DNA of 64,000 bases from Candidatus Bathyarchaeota archaeon. Lineage in GTDB: Archaea > Thermoproteota > Bathyarchaeia > Bathyarchaeales > Bathycorpusculaceae. The stretch spans positions 1,344,001 through 1,408,000 of the forward strand of contig OY970340.1 of the NCBI GenBank assembly GCA_963717465.1, read 5' to 3'. Numbering within the stretch: position 1 is the stretch's first letter; the number at the start of each line of letters is the position of its first letter. Made by a program: the position numbers and the translations under genes. Below the pieces are notes generated by a model. The model searched no databases. It was given only the letters and a program-made list of their open reading frames with translations, and was not told the DNA's origin. Shown piece by piece: positions 1-10,451 of the stretch.

Positions 1-534
1 AATTTTCTCAAAGTTGATGGGTCAGGGGACCCGAACAAATCCAAGCAATATCAGGATGCAATAGAAGCCTTGTTTAGTCTTTCTTACACTCTTAAATTTA
101 TGATTAAGAAGAGCAAACAATCGATTGACTATGCGGTTATGCCCCTTGAGGGCTTATGGTGGAATGATAACCCAGATCAATTCAGTATGGAGAATAAGGA
201 TGTTTGGAGTTGGACTTCGATGATTATGCAACCGACGTACGTGTCTGAAGCATCGATTAAGGAGGCTGTTGAACATGTCAGAAAAAAGAAGGACCTGGTC
301 GCACTGCCTAAACTACGTTTTGAGCCCTATCAAGAAGGCTTATCAGCCCAAATAATGCACATTGGACCATACACAAACGAGAAACCTACAATCGAAAGGC
401 TGCACAATTTCATAAATGAAAACGGCTACAGGTTCAACGGAAAGCACCATGAAATCTACTTAAACGATTTAAGAAAGACCAAACCTGAAAAGCTTAAGAC
501 CTTGATTAGGCAACCGATAATCAAGAAGCAATAG
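1..534 (+). CDS. GyrI-like small-molecule-binding domain protein (5'-truncated by window edge)
   Basis: Frame open from base 1 (NFLKVDGSGDPN...); motifs VMPLEGLWW, WTSMIMQP, HIGPY, GKHHEIYL. Confidence 0.85.
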   Translation, partial: NFLKVDGSGDPNKSKQYQDAIEALFSLSYTLKFMIKKSKQSIDYAVMPLEGLWWNDNPDQFSMENKDVWSWTSMIMQPTYVSEASIKEAVEHVRKKKDLVALPKLRFEPYQEGLSAQIMHIGPYTNEKPTIERLHNFINENGYRFNGKHHEIYLNDLRKTKPEKLKTLIRQPIIKKQ

Positions 535-640
535 GCATAATTAGATTAAATTTGTCATGCACCCTTGTTTGTCTTTTTTTCAGCACATTCTCGGTAGGAA
601 TTTATAGTACTTTTCTTATTTAGCTATCAGTTTCTTCGCG

Positions 641-1651
641 GTGCGCGTGATGAATGCGAAAAGTGTGCTTGATCTTATAGGCAATACTCCAATGGTTGAA
701 GTTAAACGTTTGAATCCTAATCCTAACCTTGAAATGTACATTAAACTGGAAAAATATAATCCAGGCGGATCAGTTAAGGATAGAATTGCTAAGTACATGA
801 TTGCTCAAGCGGAAAAATCTGGGCAATTGACAAGTGGCAAAACTGTTATTGAACCAACCAGCGGAAACACAGGCATCGGATTAGCTTTAGTTTGCCGTGC
901 TAAGGGGTATGATTTAATTTTAGTTATGCCTGAAACCATGTCTTTAGAAAGAAGACAAATCTTGATTTCGTATGGAGCTAAAATTCTGCTTAGCGAAGGT
1001 TCAAAAGGGATGGACGGTGCAGAAGATTTAGCACATGAAATTGTGGGTCGAAATCCTGACAAGTATTTTATGCCCAACCAGTTTGCAAACCAAGCAAATG
1101 TCTTAGCTCACTACGAGACAACCGGCGAGGAGATATGGCGAGATACTGCCGGACGCATTACCCATTTTATCGCGGGAATCGGTACCACTGGGACATTGAT
1201 GGGCGTTTCAAAACGGCTTAAAGAATACAATCCAGCAGTGAAAATAATCGGAGTTCAGCCTGAACAAGGCACAATGATCCAGGGATTAAAAGATCTAAAA
1301 ACCCAATATATCCCTGCAATTTGGAAGCCAGAACTGGTTGATGAAATCTACTACGTAAATCCGAAAGACGCTGAAGAAGCTTCAAGACTTCTAGCTCTAC
1401 AAGAAGGCCTCTTCGTAGGCATCAGCTCCGGATCCATATTCCACATTGCAGCAAAAAAAGCTAAAGAAATTGAAAAAGGCGTGCTTGTCGCCCTCGCTCC
1501 GGATGGTGGAGAAAAATACTTGAGCACAACATTATGCGACCCTGCTCTCTGTCTAAGCTGCGTTAAAAAATACGGAATTAAATGCTCATACAGGGACAGC
1601 AGCCCAATCATGAAAGGCGACAAATCAACCGTAGACTCAATTTCCTCATGA
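641..1651 (+). CDS. Cysteine synthase family PLP enzyme (CysK/CysM) with Cys-rich C-terminal tail
   Basis: IGNTP, KLEKYNPGGSVKDR (PLP lysine), EPTSGNTG, GIGTTGT, DGGEKYLS. Confidence 0.93.
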   Translation: MRVMNAKSVLDLIGNTPMVEVKRLNPNPNLEMYIKLEKYNPGGSVKDRIAKYMIAQAEKSGQLTSGKTVIEPTSGNTGIGLALVCRAKGYDLILVMPETMSLERRQILISYGAKILLSEGSKGMDGAEDLAHEIVGRNPDKYFMPNQFANQANVLAHYETTGEEIWRDTAGRITHFIAGIGTTGTLMGVSKRLKEYNPAVKIIGVQPEQGTMIQGLKDLKTQYIPAIWKPELVDEIYYVNPKDAEEASRLLALQEGLFVGISSGSIFHIAAKKAKEIEKGVLVALAPDGGEKYLSTTLCDPALCLSCVKKYGIKCSYRDSSPIMKGDKSTVDSISS

Positions 1652-1686
1652 CAAAAAGCAGAGATTTTGGATGCTATCAGGGATGC

Positions 1687-2655
1687 TTAAGAAGAGCTGA
1701 TTATTCTACTCATTATTTCAGGAAAATCTAGAATGTTTTCTACGGTAACCATTTTGCAGCCTGAATCTGCTAGCAACTTGTTTCCTTCTATATAGTGGTG
1801 TAAGAATGGATTGAATTTGATGAAATGGATTTGAACATCCATATTTTGCAGGGCGTTAATATGTTCCATCGATTCTTCGACGTCTTTGAGTTCAAAACCC
1901 ATGTCTGAAAAGATTAAGCAGAATTTTGCTTGATTTCGGCTTAGAGGCGCAAATTCTTCCCTTGCGAATCTTACTGCTTTTGCAAGTTCTGTGCCCCCAT
2001 GCGGCTCCATCGCAAGCAACCTGTCTGTAAGTTCCATGGAATCTTTTTTTTCAGCGAATTTTTTAATGACATTTAGCTCATCAGAGAAAAGCGAAATAGC
2101 ACTTTGATCATCTCTTGGCAACCCATGAATTAATATTGCGCCACATATAGCGCTGGAAACTAGAACTCTGTAATCAAAGCTTGCACTCATATCTTGAAGA
2201 TACAAAACACTTCGACGTTCACGCCTAACTTGACGAGTAAGAAAATCATCATAATTGAGCTCTGAAATTTTTTTCCCTTCTGAAAAAGCGCGCTCAAGAG
2301 TTAGCTCAAAATCAATTGCTGAAGGGTCATCAATTCCAACCCTATATTTTCGGTTAGAATAACCCTTTTCCGGACCTTGTCCTGAAACATAAAAATTATT
2401 GATAAAATGTCGGGCATAGTACAATCCTGTTTTAGCCAAAGCTTCTCTTGCTCTTGCTAGTACAATTTTTTTCTCGCTATCATTATAGTCTTCGCGGTTT
2501 CTAAACCAGTCATTGAGCACTTTCTCATCACTGGCTTTGCCCATAATAACTTCGGTCAATTCAACGGCTGCTTGCTTAAGCCTATCTTCACTTGGCGCCG
2601 ATAGACTGACATAGGTTTTGACCGCCAATGACTGAGCTTCAGTCTCTCGTCTCAA
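1687..2655 (-). CDS. VWA domain protein (MoxR partner); probably joined to 2639-2872 across a frameshift
   Basis: MIDAS-like DMSAS, GGTEL, IFSD motifs; downstream of MoxR AAA ATPase. Confidence 0.8.
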   Translation of the reverse strand: MRRETEAQSLAVKTYVSLSAPSEDRLKQAAVELTEVIMGKASDEKVLNDWFRNREDYNDSEKKIVLARAREALAKTGLYYARHFINNFYVSGQGPEKGYSNRKYRVGIDDPSAIDFELTLERAFSEGKKISELNYDDFLTRQVRRERRSVLYLQDMSASFDYRVLVSSAICGAILIHGLPRDDQSAISLFSDELNVIKKFAEKKDSMELTDRLLAMEPHGGTELAKAVRFAREEFAPLSRNQAKFCLIFSDMGFELKDVEESMEHINALQNMDVQIHFIKFNPFLHHYIEGNKLLADSGCKMVTVENILDFPEIMSRIISSS

Positions 2656-2872
2656 GATGAGAGGTAATGACCGCAGATTCTACGTAATCCTGCTCAGTTA
2701 AACATTGATGCTGCAAAAGCCTAGTAGTTAATAATCTTGCAATGGCGATGGGTTGTCTTGAACTTGGTTTGAAAGCTTCTGGAATAGTATGGGAACTACG
2801 CATTTGGTTACAGAATTCTTCAGCGAATTTCACTGGATCAACAATGCTTTCTTTATTCAATGCAACCCGCAC
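2639..2872 (-). CDS. Small AAA-lid-like helical domain, paralogous to 2853-3155; likely N-terminus of the VWA protein
   Basis: PSSRQPIAIARLL...DYVESAVITS parallels PSTRQSIAISKLL...DFVDAAVVTS. Confidence 0.55.
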   Translation of the reverse strand: MRVALNKESIVDPVKFAEEFCNQMRSSHTIPEAFKPSSRQPIAIARLLTTRLLQHQCLTEQDYVESAVITSHLETRD

Positions 2873-3155
2873 GCAAATTAGGCTTGATTTTCAAAATTAG
2901 TTTTGCATAAGTCTCTTTAGCTACTTCTTCAGCTATTTTCTGAATTTTAGGAAAAGACGTTACGACCGCTGCATCAACAAAATCTTCTGCTCGAAGCTTA
3001 TTGTTTTTGAAGTACCTGTAGGATAATAACTTTGATATTGCGATAGATTGCCGGGTGCTGGGTATTGTTACATCTTTGCCTTGACTTTGCTCACGAAAAT
3101 TGTTGACAAATTCAACAGAAAATTGTTCGATTAATTCGTGTGCTTCTATTTGCAA
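2853..3155 (-). CDS. Small AAA-lid-like protein
   Basis: PSTRQSIAI resembles the sensor-II lid motif SVRTGISI of the adjacent AAA protein; overlaps neighbouring genes. Confidence 0.6.
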   Translation of the reverse strand: MQIEAHELIEQFSVEFVNNFREQSQGKDVTIPSTRQSIAISKLLSYRYFKNNKLRAEDFVDAAVVTSFPKIQKIAEEVAKETYAKLILKIKPNLRAGCIE

Positions 3156-4054
3156 GTTAAACTCTTCCTAATCAAGGCTTTCAGGTTAGCCTCATTCCAT
3201 CGGTTATTGCGCTCAGTTACAGACCCTAACAGGGTTTCATACGCAATATCCACGAGAACATCATCAGTTAATAGGTCCATTTCGGCGTATCTTGAAGCCA
3301 CGCGTGCAATGGATATACCAGTTCGAACCGAGACAAACTTGGAAAACTCCTCGTGCTGTCTGGACTGGTCAACTATGTTGTGAATCTTTTGCATTAATTC
3401 GTAGCTAAGTTTGTTCTCTGGAGTGTTTGCAGCGATGATTTTAAGTTCAGTTTCTTTATCTGGGTAGCTTAAGCTTATCCAAACGTGAAGTCGATCTCTT
3501 AGCGCCTCTGAGATTCGGTGAGCTCCGGAGAATTCATAGGGATTTGCCACTGCGATGAAAACAAAATTGTCGCTTGCTCGGATTTTTCCAAGATGAGGGA
3601 TATACAAGGTTTTTTCTTCAAGGGGTTCAAGGAAGCTGTTTTGGCAAAATTCTGAAGCGCGATTCAGCTCCTGCGCGACAAAGACTCCACCGCCAACCAT
3701 TGCAAGTAATAATGGTCCTGGTTCAAAAGCTTCCATACAGTAGCCTTTGTTAACAAGGACTGCAGGGTTGAATGTTCCAACAAGATGGCTTGGGCTCATT
3801 AACTCGTCAAAGAACAATTCATAAAATGGTCTTTGAGTATCGTATGCGAATTTTCTGGCAAGTAATGATTTGCCTACACCAGGTGGACCTATGATTATCG
3901 GCGTTAATTTAGCTGATACTGCGTCATCTAAGAGTTCGTAAGCTTTTTTGTATTGCCCTTCGAGCACAATTTTTATTTCTGAAGGCCTAGGCGCTAAGTG
4001 AAGAGCAAACTGTTCCCTGAACAATTCGTTAGTATCACACTGTTTTTCCGACAT
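3146..4054 (-). CDS. MoxR/CbbQ/NirQ-type AAA+ ATPase
   Basis: Walker A GPPGVGKS, FEPGPLL, QELNRA (Walker B variant), ANP, SEALRDR. Confidence 0.9.
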   Translation of the reverse strand: MSEKQCDTNELFREQFALHLAPRPSEIKIVLEGQYKKAYELLDDAVSAKLTPIIIGPPGVGKSLLARKFAYDTQRPFYELFFDELMSPSHLVGTFNPAVLVNKGYCMEAFEPGPLLLAMVGGGVFVAQELNRASEFCQNSFLEPLEEKTLYIPHLGKIRASDNFVFIAVANPYEFSGAHRISEALRDRLHVWISLSYPDKETELKIIAANTPENKLSYELMQKIHNIVDQSRQHEEFSKFVSVRTGISIARVASRYAEMDLLTDDVLVDIAYETLLGSVTERNNRWNEANLKALIRKSLTCK

Positions 4055-4074
4055 TTTCTTCTCCTCGTCTTTGT

Positions 4075-4332
4075 CTATGGATAAAGCTTCTTTTTTATGA
4101 GATAACTCTGAGCTTTTTTTAACAACTCGTTTTCGTCAATTTTGCATTTTTCTCTTTCTTGACAAGTGTCGCAGATTGACTGGTCAGTTGTGACTCCGAA
4201 AAGTCTTATTCCACTCATTGTAAGCGATTGCTCAGAGGGTATGACGCTTACGGCTATGTTGATGCCTACGCAAAGGTTTATTTCCTTGCCGTTTAAGCCA
4301 TATACTTTTCCAAGCTCTTTTATTTTCAACAT
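4075..4332 (-). CDS. Small hypothetical protein with CxxC...C motif, first gene of the MoxR operon
   Basis: ORF preceded by AGGGG RBS-like element; co-oriented with AAA operon. Confidence 0.5.
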   Translation of the reverse strand: MLKIKELGKVYGLNGKEINLCVGINIAVSVIPSEQSLTMSGIRLFGVTTDQSICDTCQEREKCKIDENELLKKAQSYLIKKKLYP

Positions 4333-4707
4333 CCCCTTGAATATAATTCGATGTTATTAAGGCAACAAAAATTGTCGCTCAACGTGATTTAAAGACTATT
4401 TAGTCTCAAAGGAGACAAACCCGTCCTTGATAGTCGTTTTTTGCTTTAATTTGAATATTGTATTAGACCTTTGAATATGATTGAAAATTACTCTATAAAA
4501 GCATATCTTGTTCTAATTTGGACAAATCAAAGTTCTTGACTAAAATTAGATGCGAGTAATTTTTCCTTTCATTTCAGCGATTTTGTCCAAAAGTCTTTAT
4601 ACCCTAAAAGTAAGTATATACACAAAGCATTAGTATGTGTAAAGCATCGGGCTCGCTTTAGTCAGTATGAGTGTATTAAATAAAGTTGAGGGGTGCGCGA
4701 CGCCTAA

Positions 4708-5650
4708 TTGAGTCTATACAGTGAAAATGGGGAAGAGAATTCTCTCCGCGTCCTAAAAGAAGTGCTTAGAAATATAGGAATTACGGGGAAAGCTGCGACA
4801 ATTTACATTTTCTTATTGAATAAAGGGACACCCCAACACGCGAAAGATATAACGAGACTAATGAGAACAAATAAGGCTTTAGTTTACCGCAGCCTGAAAT
4901 ATTTGCAAGCCAACGGTTTTATACTGTCAACGATGACGTTTCCAGCCAGTTTTGCTGCTATTCCTCTCGGGGTCATACTCGATAATGCCTCAAAAACTAA
5001 AAAAAGAGAAGCTCGGATGCTAGAAAAGGATAAAAAATTGATGAGTACAGTCATAAAATCGTTGAAAATTGCTGATACCCCTGTTGTGGACGACGAGTAC
5101 GCAATTCTTAGGAACCAGCATATTGCTCACCTAAAAGGCTATAGAGATGGTCAAACAAACGACGAATGAATGTTTGATTATATCTGATCGATTAACACGA
5201 CGTGAATATGATATTCCTGAAGGCATGCGAACGGCAGTTGCAGCTACCGTAAGGAAAAAGAAAGCCCAATTTAGGCTTCTAACTAATGTGGATTATTCAA
5301 CCCTTGGTTTAGCTAAGGAAATGGTTGCAAAATTAGGCATGTTAGGCGAGTACATTAAGATTCGGCATTTAAACTTGTCTCCAGCTTTGTTTCCAGGTTT
5401 CACTCTCAGCGATGAAAGTACAATAATCTTGCAATTTGATACGTGGAAGGGGATAGACTCGAAAAGCGCACTAGGGATGGATAAGCTACTTTTGACAAAC
5501 AACAAGGCAATCATTCGATTGGCACGGTTGTTGTTCAATAAACTGTGGGATGAATCAATCGACATCCGCGAAAGAATTGCTGAACTTGAAAGCATGAAGA
5601 AGGTAGATAAGGAAAGCGTTGGTGATTCATCGCTAAAACTAGCTACGTAG
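4708..5650 (+). CDS. TrmB family transcriptional regulator (split into 4708-5169 and 5147-5650 by a frameshift)
   Basis: N-terminal HTH (IYIFLL...VYRSLKYLQANGFI...PASFAAIP) and C-terminal effector domain ending FNKLW; similar to three intact paralogs in the window. Confidence 0.8.
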
Positions 5651-5726
5651 CCCTTCCTTTTCAGTTACAAGAGCAACAAATCTATTACAAGTGATTAATT
5701 CCATTTAATGTTGTATGCATGCAAAT

Positions 5727-7058
5727 TTAAAGAGGGTTTAACCGTTTTAGGGAATTAGTTGCGTCTTCAACTAAAGTTAAAACGCCATTGAAGCCTATAA
5801 GTGGTCTATAAGTTAGTATGATTTTTTCAGTGTACGGAAACGACGTTGGTATGAAAGCTTGGTGTTTATGTTCCATTGACTCTAATATTTGCTCCTCAAT
5901 GCTGCTTCCAAGGATTAGATTTGGCGTCTTATCCCTGAGGCTTTCTCTAATCATGTACTGATCAGGGCTAATCAGAACAGTTGTATCTAAAGAGTTTTCT
6001 TTGATGTACTGCTCTAACGAAGCACGGTTGGCATTTCCCCTTTCTCTAATGCCTATGACATCTGGATACATTCCCAAGTACTTATGAAAGAACACTGTAA
6101 GCGGTGCTACTTGTGAGGAGTCGCCAAACACTGCAAAAGTTAAGCCTTTTAATCCACCTGTTAAAGAAGATACGCGTTCCAATGCATTGTAGCATTTCAT
6201 TCTAACGTGTTTTGATTCAAGCTCGATTTTTTGACGAGAAAACCCAAAATAATCAGCAACCTTGCCAAACCAGTTCTCTGAGGCAGCAAGTCCAAATGGA
6301 GCCATTTCGCTTATGCCTAAACTTGGAATTCCGAATTCTGATTCAAGAAACTTTGCAACAGTATCGCCATATTCTTCGTATACAACAAGGTTAAGTTCAG
6401 CTTTGCTTGCCTGCTTAAGATTATCTATCGTTTCACCTGCTGACATGACTGAGAGCACCTTGACTCCGAGAAGATCAAGCGTCCGCTTTAATTCTGCAAC
6501 ATCGTTTTCCCAATTGTAGTGAAAAATGGTTGGTCCAATAATGTTGACGCTGAACGTTATTCTTTCATCGCTCTTTTTCACAATTGCTTTGAGAATTTCG
6601 ATTGTGGCTTTTTTGAAGCCTTCAGCGAATGATCCTGTAAAACCAGTGCTATCAATGGCAACTGTCGGGAACTTTGGCTGGGCGCTTTTTATGAAACCCA
6701 CAAGGTCATCTCCCGTTAATGATGTCCCGCAAGAGTTTATGACGCCTAGTAAATCGTAGTTTTCATTGTTGAGGTCGTGGATGGCACCTTTGATTTTTTC
6801 TTCTGCACCATGAACATAATCGTATTCGTCAATGTATGTGCAGGATGCTCTGGGTTGCCCGAAATGGTAGTTAGTTAAGTATTTTATGATATCGTGTGGG
6901 AAGAACTGTGGATCTTGCAGTTGAATAAGATGTGCTAAGTACGTTTTACATCCCAGAGGGCCATTGATTAATGCATGTGCTTTTCTGATTCCTTCAAAAG
7001 CCGCGACTGCTCCGGCAAGTGAATCTGGCCTATGCGGGGCTGTAAAATAGTCTTTCAT
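5727..7058 (-). CDS. Nitrogenase component 1-like oxidoreductase subunit (NifK/NifN-like)
   Basis: INGPLGC, YVHGAEEK, VINSCGTSLTGDD, VNIIG, PLIGFNG. Confidence 0.85.
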   Translation of the reverse strand: MKDYFTAPHRPDSLAGAVAAFEGIRKAHALINGPLGCKTYLAHLIQLQDPQFFPHDIIKYLTNYHFGQPRASCTYIDEYDYVHGAEEKIKGAIHDLNNENYDLLGVINSCGTSLTGDDLVGFIKSAQPKFPTVAIDSTGFTGSFAEGFKKATIEILKAIVKKSDERITFSVNIIGPTIFHYNWENDVAELKRTLDLLGVKVLSVMSAGETIDNLKQASKAELNLVVYEEYGDTVAKFLESEFGIPSLGISEMAPFGLAASENWFGKVADYFGFSRQKIELESKHVRMKCYNALERVSSLTGGLKGLTFAVFGDSSQVAPLTVFFHKYLGMYPDVIGIRERGNANRASLEQYIKENSLDTTVLISPDQYMIRESLRDKTPNLILGSSIEEQILESMEHKHQAFIPTSFPYTEKIILTYRPLIGFNGVLTLVEDATNSLKRLNPL

Positions 7059-9254
7059 CAGATCTCCAATCCTCTGCGAATGGCATTCTTATTCTAGATA
7101 TCCACTTTTGAACATATATTAGCCCACTGTTAAACCCATATGTTGGGCAAAACGGCAAAATATCGTAGATGGTTTCTTGAGTTGGCGCCTTAATTGGCAT
7201 GAAATTCATTAAAACCAAGTCAGGTTTGTTTTCCACTATGTCTTTTTCATATCTTTCAATGGGGTAGTCGGTTTCGATGTTGACTCTGTCAGAGTACTTT
7301 GACTCAAAATGTCTCTCTTAAGTAAAAGACGTGGGATAAGCATACTTTTTGTATGTTTACGTTTAAATCAAGAAGCGTCGAAATAGCCCAGTCCACGTTA
7401 CTTGTTTGACTGAAGATCATTACTTTCTTGTTAGAGATGTATTTTTTTAGTTTTTGTAAGTTGCTTATCATAGCTGACTCGTGCTTGATTGATTAGGTTT
7501 TCAGCTTCTTCTTCTCTTCCGAATTTTGCTGCTATGGCTCTGGTGAAGGCTTCTGTCTGTTCAAAGGCTATGGGCAATGGAGCCTTAAGCGTAGGTACGT
7601 TGAAACGTTTCTCAAAAAAATCAGACAAGGCTTGAACTACCGGGTCAGTGGTTGCAGGAATGTTTACGCTGCCCTTCTTGAACTGTTTGATGTCATGTAC
7701 GCTTGTTGCCTTGATAAAGCGGCAATTCACTTTAATTCTTAAATGACTTAGGATTTTTTCCAGTTCTTCGTAGTTCCTGTCAGTGGCTGAAGAGAGTGGT
7801 GGTTCCCCAATGATGTTTACTGCATCGACTGAAGGCTGTATGTTTTTGTCTATAAAGTGTTCAGCTATGTTTGTGTAAGCGTTTAGCAATCCATTGTTGA
7901 AGTCTCCTCCCATAACGCCGTCAAAATTAACTCTTAGAACCTCAAGCCCATTCTTATTTAATTGTGCTGTTACCCTGTCAAAGTCTTCTCCGATTATTCC
8001 TGAAGGGCAAGAACTAATCACGAAAAAGGCATTGGGTTTCAACCTACGGTTAGTGTCAATAATCATTTTTTCAAGGTTGCCTTCAGCACCAAAAACTACA
8101 TCGCGTTCCCTCATATCTGTACAGAGAAGATTTGGAAAGATCAAGGTCTCGGGGTTCAAACTTGAACCCGTGCTCATTGTTGTGCAAAAACTATTGAAGG
8201 CACAACCTACTGGTGAATCCATCACGGAAACCCCGTCAAGGATTTGGCTAGCAACTGAATATGCTCCAGCAAGAGAACAGCCGTAAGTAGGTAAACGTGT
8301 TTTGGGAATGCTACGGGTCACATTAGGCTTGCTTGATGCAGCGCTTGTTTGGTTTAAACTTGAATAATTAGTGTTTGTTGCTTCGTTGCTTCTTTGGAAT
8401 TGTGGTACTACACTTTTTCGTGTGATTTTTTTTCCGTAGCAAAATTCGCTAACGAATTCTTCAAGTTCCTCATCCTTTAGAGGTGTGGGTATTACTGGTG
8501 TTTTATTGTTTTCAATCATGTTAGCTATTGATCTGTAAATGTTTGCAAGCTCTGAGTTGGGCGCGTATTCTATTACGGTTTTTGATTCAAGTTCAGCGGC
8601 TTGAACAAGTTCGCTTCTGGGTATGAACCCAATCATTTCGGTGCCGATCTTTTTTGCGAAGGCAGCGATTAGTTCTTGTTCTTTTTTGGTTCCTCGTTCA
8701 TTCCCTATTACTCCCGCCAGCTTGCCGTGAATATTTGAGTGACTTTTCAAGCCCTTGGCGATGTTGTTGGCGGCGTATAAAGACATGAACTCTCCTGAAG
8801 TGATTATGTAAACTTGATCAGCAAATCCTTCTCGCATTGGGACAGCGAAACCTCCGCATACGACGTCCCCAAGAACATCGAAAAAGACGAAGTCAAAATC
8901 GCGGGTGTTTAGCCCTTTTTCTTTGAGAAGGTTGACCATTTGAATTATGCCTCTTCCCGCGCATCCAACGCCTGGTTCTGGTCCTCCGGCTTCGATGCAT
9001 TTGATGCCTTTGTAGCCGGCAAGCATGACTTCATCGAGGCCAACAATTCCTGAAGTATTTAATTGCTCAAGAACGGTTGACTGCATGAAGCCACCAAGAA
9101 CGAGACGGGTTGAATCGTGTTTTGGGTCGCAGCCGATCTGCAGTACTTTCCGGCCTTTCTCAGCTAAAGCGCATGTGACATTTGAAATTATAGTTGATTT
9201 TCCTATGCCACCTTTTCCATAAAAGGCAACGTTTACCAATCTTTTCCCATCCAT
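7030..9254 (-). CDS. NifH-like Fe protein fused to a nitrogenase component 1-like (NifD/E-like) domain; frameshifted near 7290-7460
   Basis: [42 protein letters not shown], then [23 protein letters not shown]; reading continues in other frames ([12 protein letters not shown]...VDWAI) to 7030. Confidence 0.88.
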
Positions 9255-9552
9255 ACTCCTGAATCTATGAGTGACTGATTATAACTTAATTATCTTCGGC
9301 TGGGAAATAGATTATGTTAGTCAACATTAAAACGCACTGATTCAGCCGCATCTTTAGAATTCCATTGCTACACGAAAAATATGAATTCTATTTAAAAAAA
9401 GAAAAAGATTTGAGCTTGTATCCCTTAAGATATTTATAGTCAAAAAGCTTTTAGTCGCGTGGTCATCCAAGAATTGCTAACTTTTTTTGCATTTTAGACA
9501 AACTAAGGCATTGTTCCCTCAGGTGTAATGATTGTGAGTCACGGGGTAATGT

Positions 9553-10209
9553 ATGACTAAAGACGATGAGTTTAAACTGAGACCAAACATTCAATCGCTA
9601 TCTGATCTTATTTTCGGATTAGCGTTATCAATTGGAGCGTTAACATTGATTGGTCAGCAGATACATAGTTTACAAGGACTGCTTGCCTCACTAATTTTTT
9701 ATGCTTTCAGCTTTCTTATTTTAATTAGTGTTTGGCGAGTTTACTCTACTATAGTTTCCGTGCTGCCGACTGAAACAAACCGAATGATCAACCTCAATAT
9801 TGCACTCCTGCTTTTGGTCACAATTGAGCCTTTTCTTCTAAACTTAGTTCTCACACAAAGCGGCGATTTGCTAAACTATGCCTCTATCATTTACGCCATT
9901 GACTTAGGATCAATGTTTCTAATTTTAGCTTACTTTGACCATGCACTGGCGCAAGAAGAGAAAAACCTGGTTCCCAAAAACTGTATTTCTATTTTTAGAA
10001 ACAATCGTAACTTCGACTTGCTAGTTGCAGGATTATTTTTTATCTCCATGGTTCCAATTTTTGGAGATATACACATTTTCAATCTGACATTAAATGCCAT
10101 AACTTACGGCTTAACCTTGAGAGCGCTTCTTTGGATTATAGTTTTACCATTAAGGCCGATAAAAAACTGGATACTTTACCGTGGAAAAAACCTGAAAGTA
10201 TTAATTTAA
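9553..10209 (+). CDS. TMEM175-family (DUF1211) membrane protein, putative K+ channel
   Basis: IQSLSDLIFGLALSI resembles the RLEAFSDGVFAIAIT signature; multiple TM segments. Confidence 0.7.
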   Translation: MTKDDEFKLRPNIQSLSDLIFGLALSIGALTLIGQQIHSLQGLLASLIFYAFSFLILISVWRVYSTIVSVLPTETNRMINLNIALLLLVTIEPFLLNLVLTQSGDLLNYASIIYAIDLGSMFLILAYFDHALAQEEKNLVPKNCISIFRNNRNFDLLVAGLFFISMVPIFGDIHIFNLTLNAITYGLTLRALLWIIVLPLRPIKNWILYRGKNLKVLI

Positions 10210-10451
10210 AATGAAAGGTTCGGATTTTAAGAGGACATTTTCACAACCAAAAGGCGCCCGAAAAACAAGGCAAAGAATAAAGGATTAGCTAAGCAATCAT
10301 CTAAACGAAGTGGACATGAAAAATACTTGCCCAATTGAACAGCAACAGCTTATATCCATTGAAGAACTGGTTTGTTTCATAATTTACTAGCCACACAATT
10401 TAATTAGCAACGCTAATATGTGATGTAAATCCACTCGTAAATGGGGTATCT

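Noticed and set aside
5727..9254. True N2-fixing nitrogenase or canonical CfbCD
   Set aside because: No Cys at the FeMoco-ligand position and no nifB/E/N in the window; the fused architecture with two different component 1 subunits differs from homodimeric CfbD
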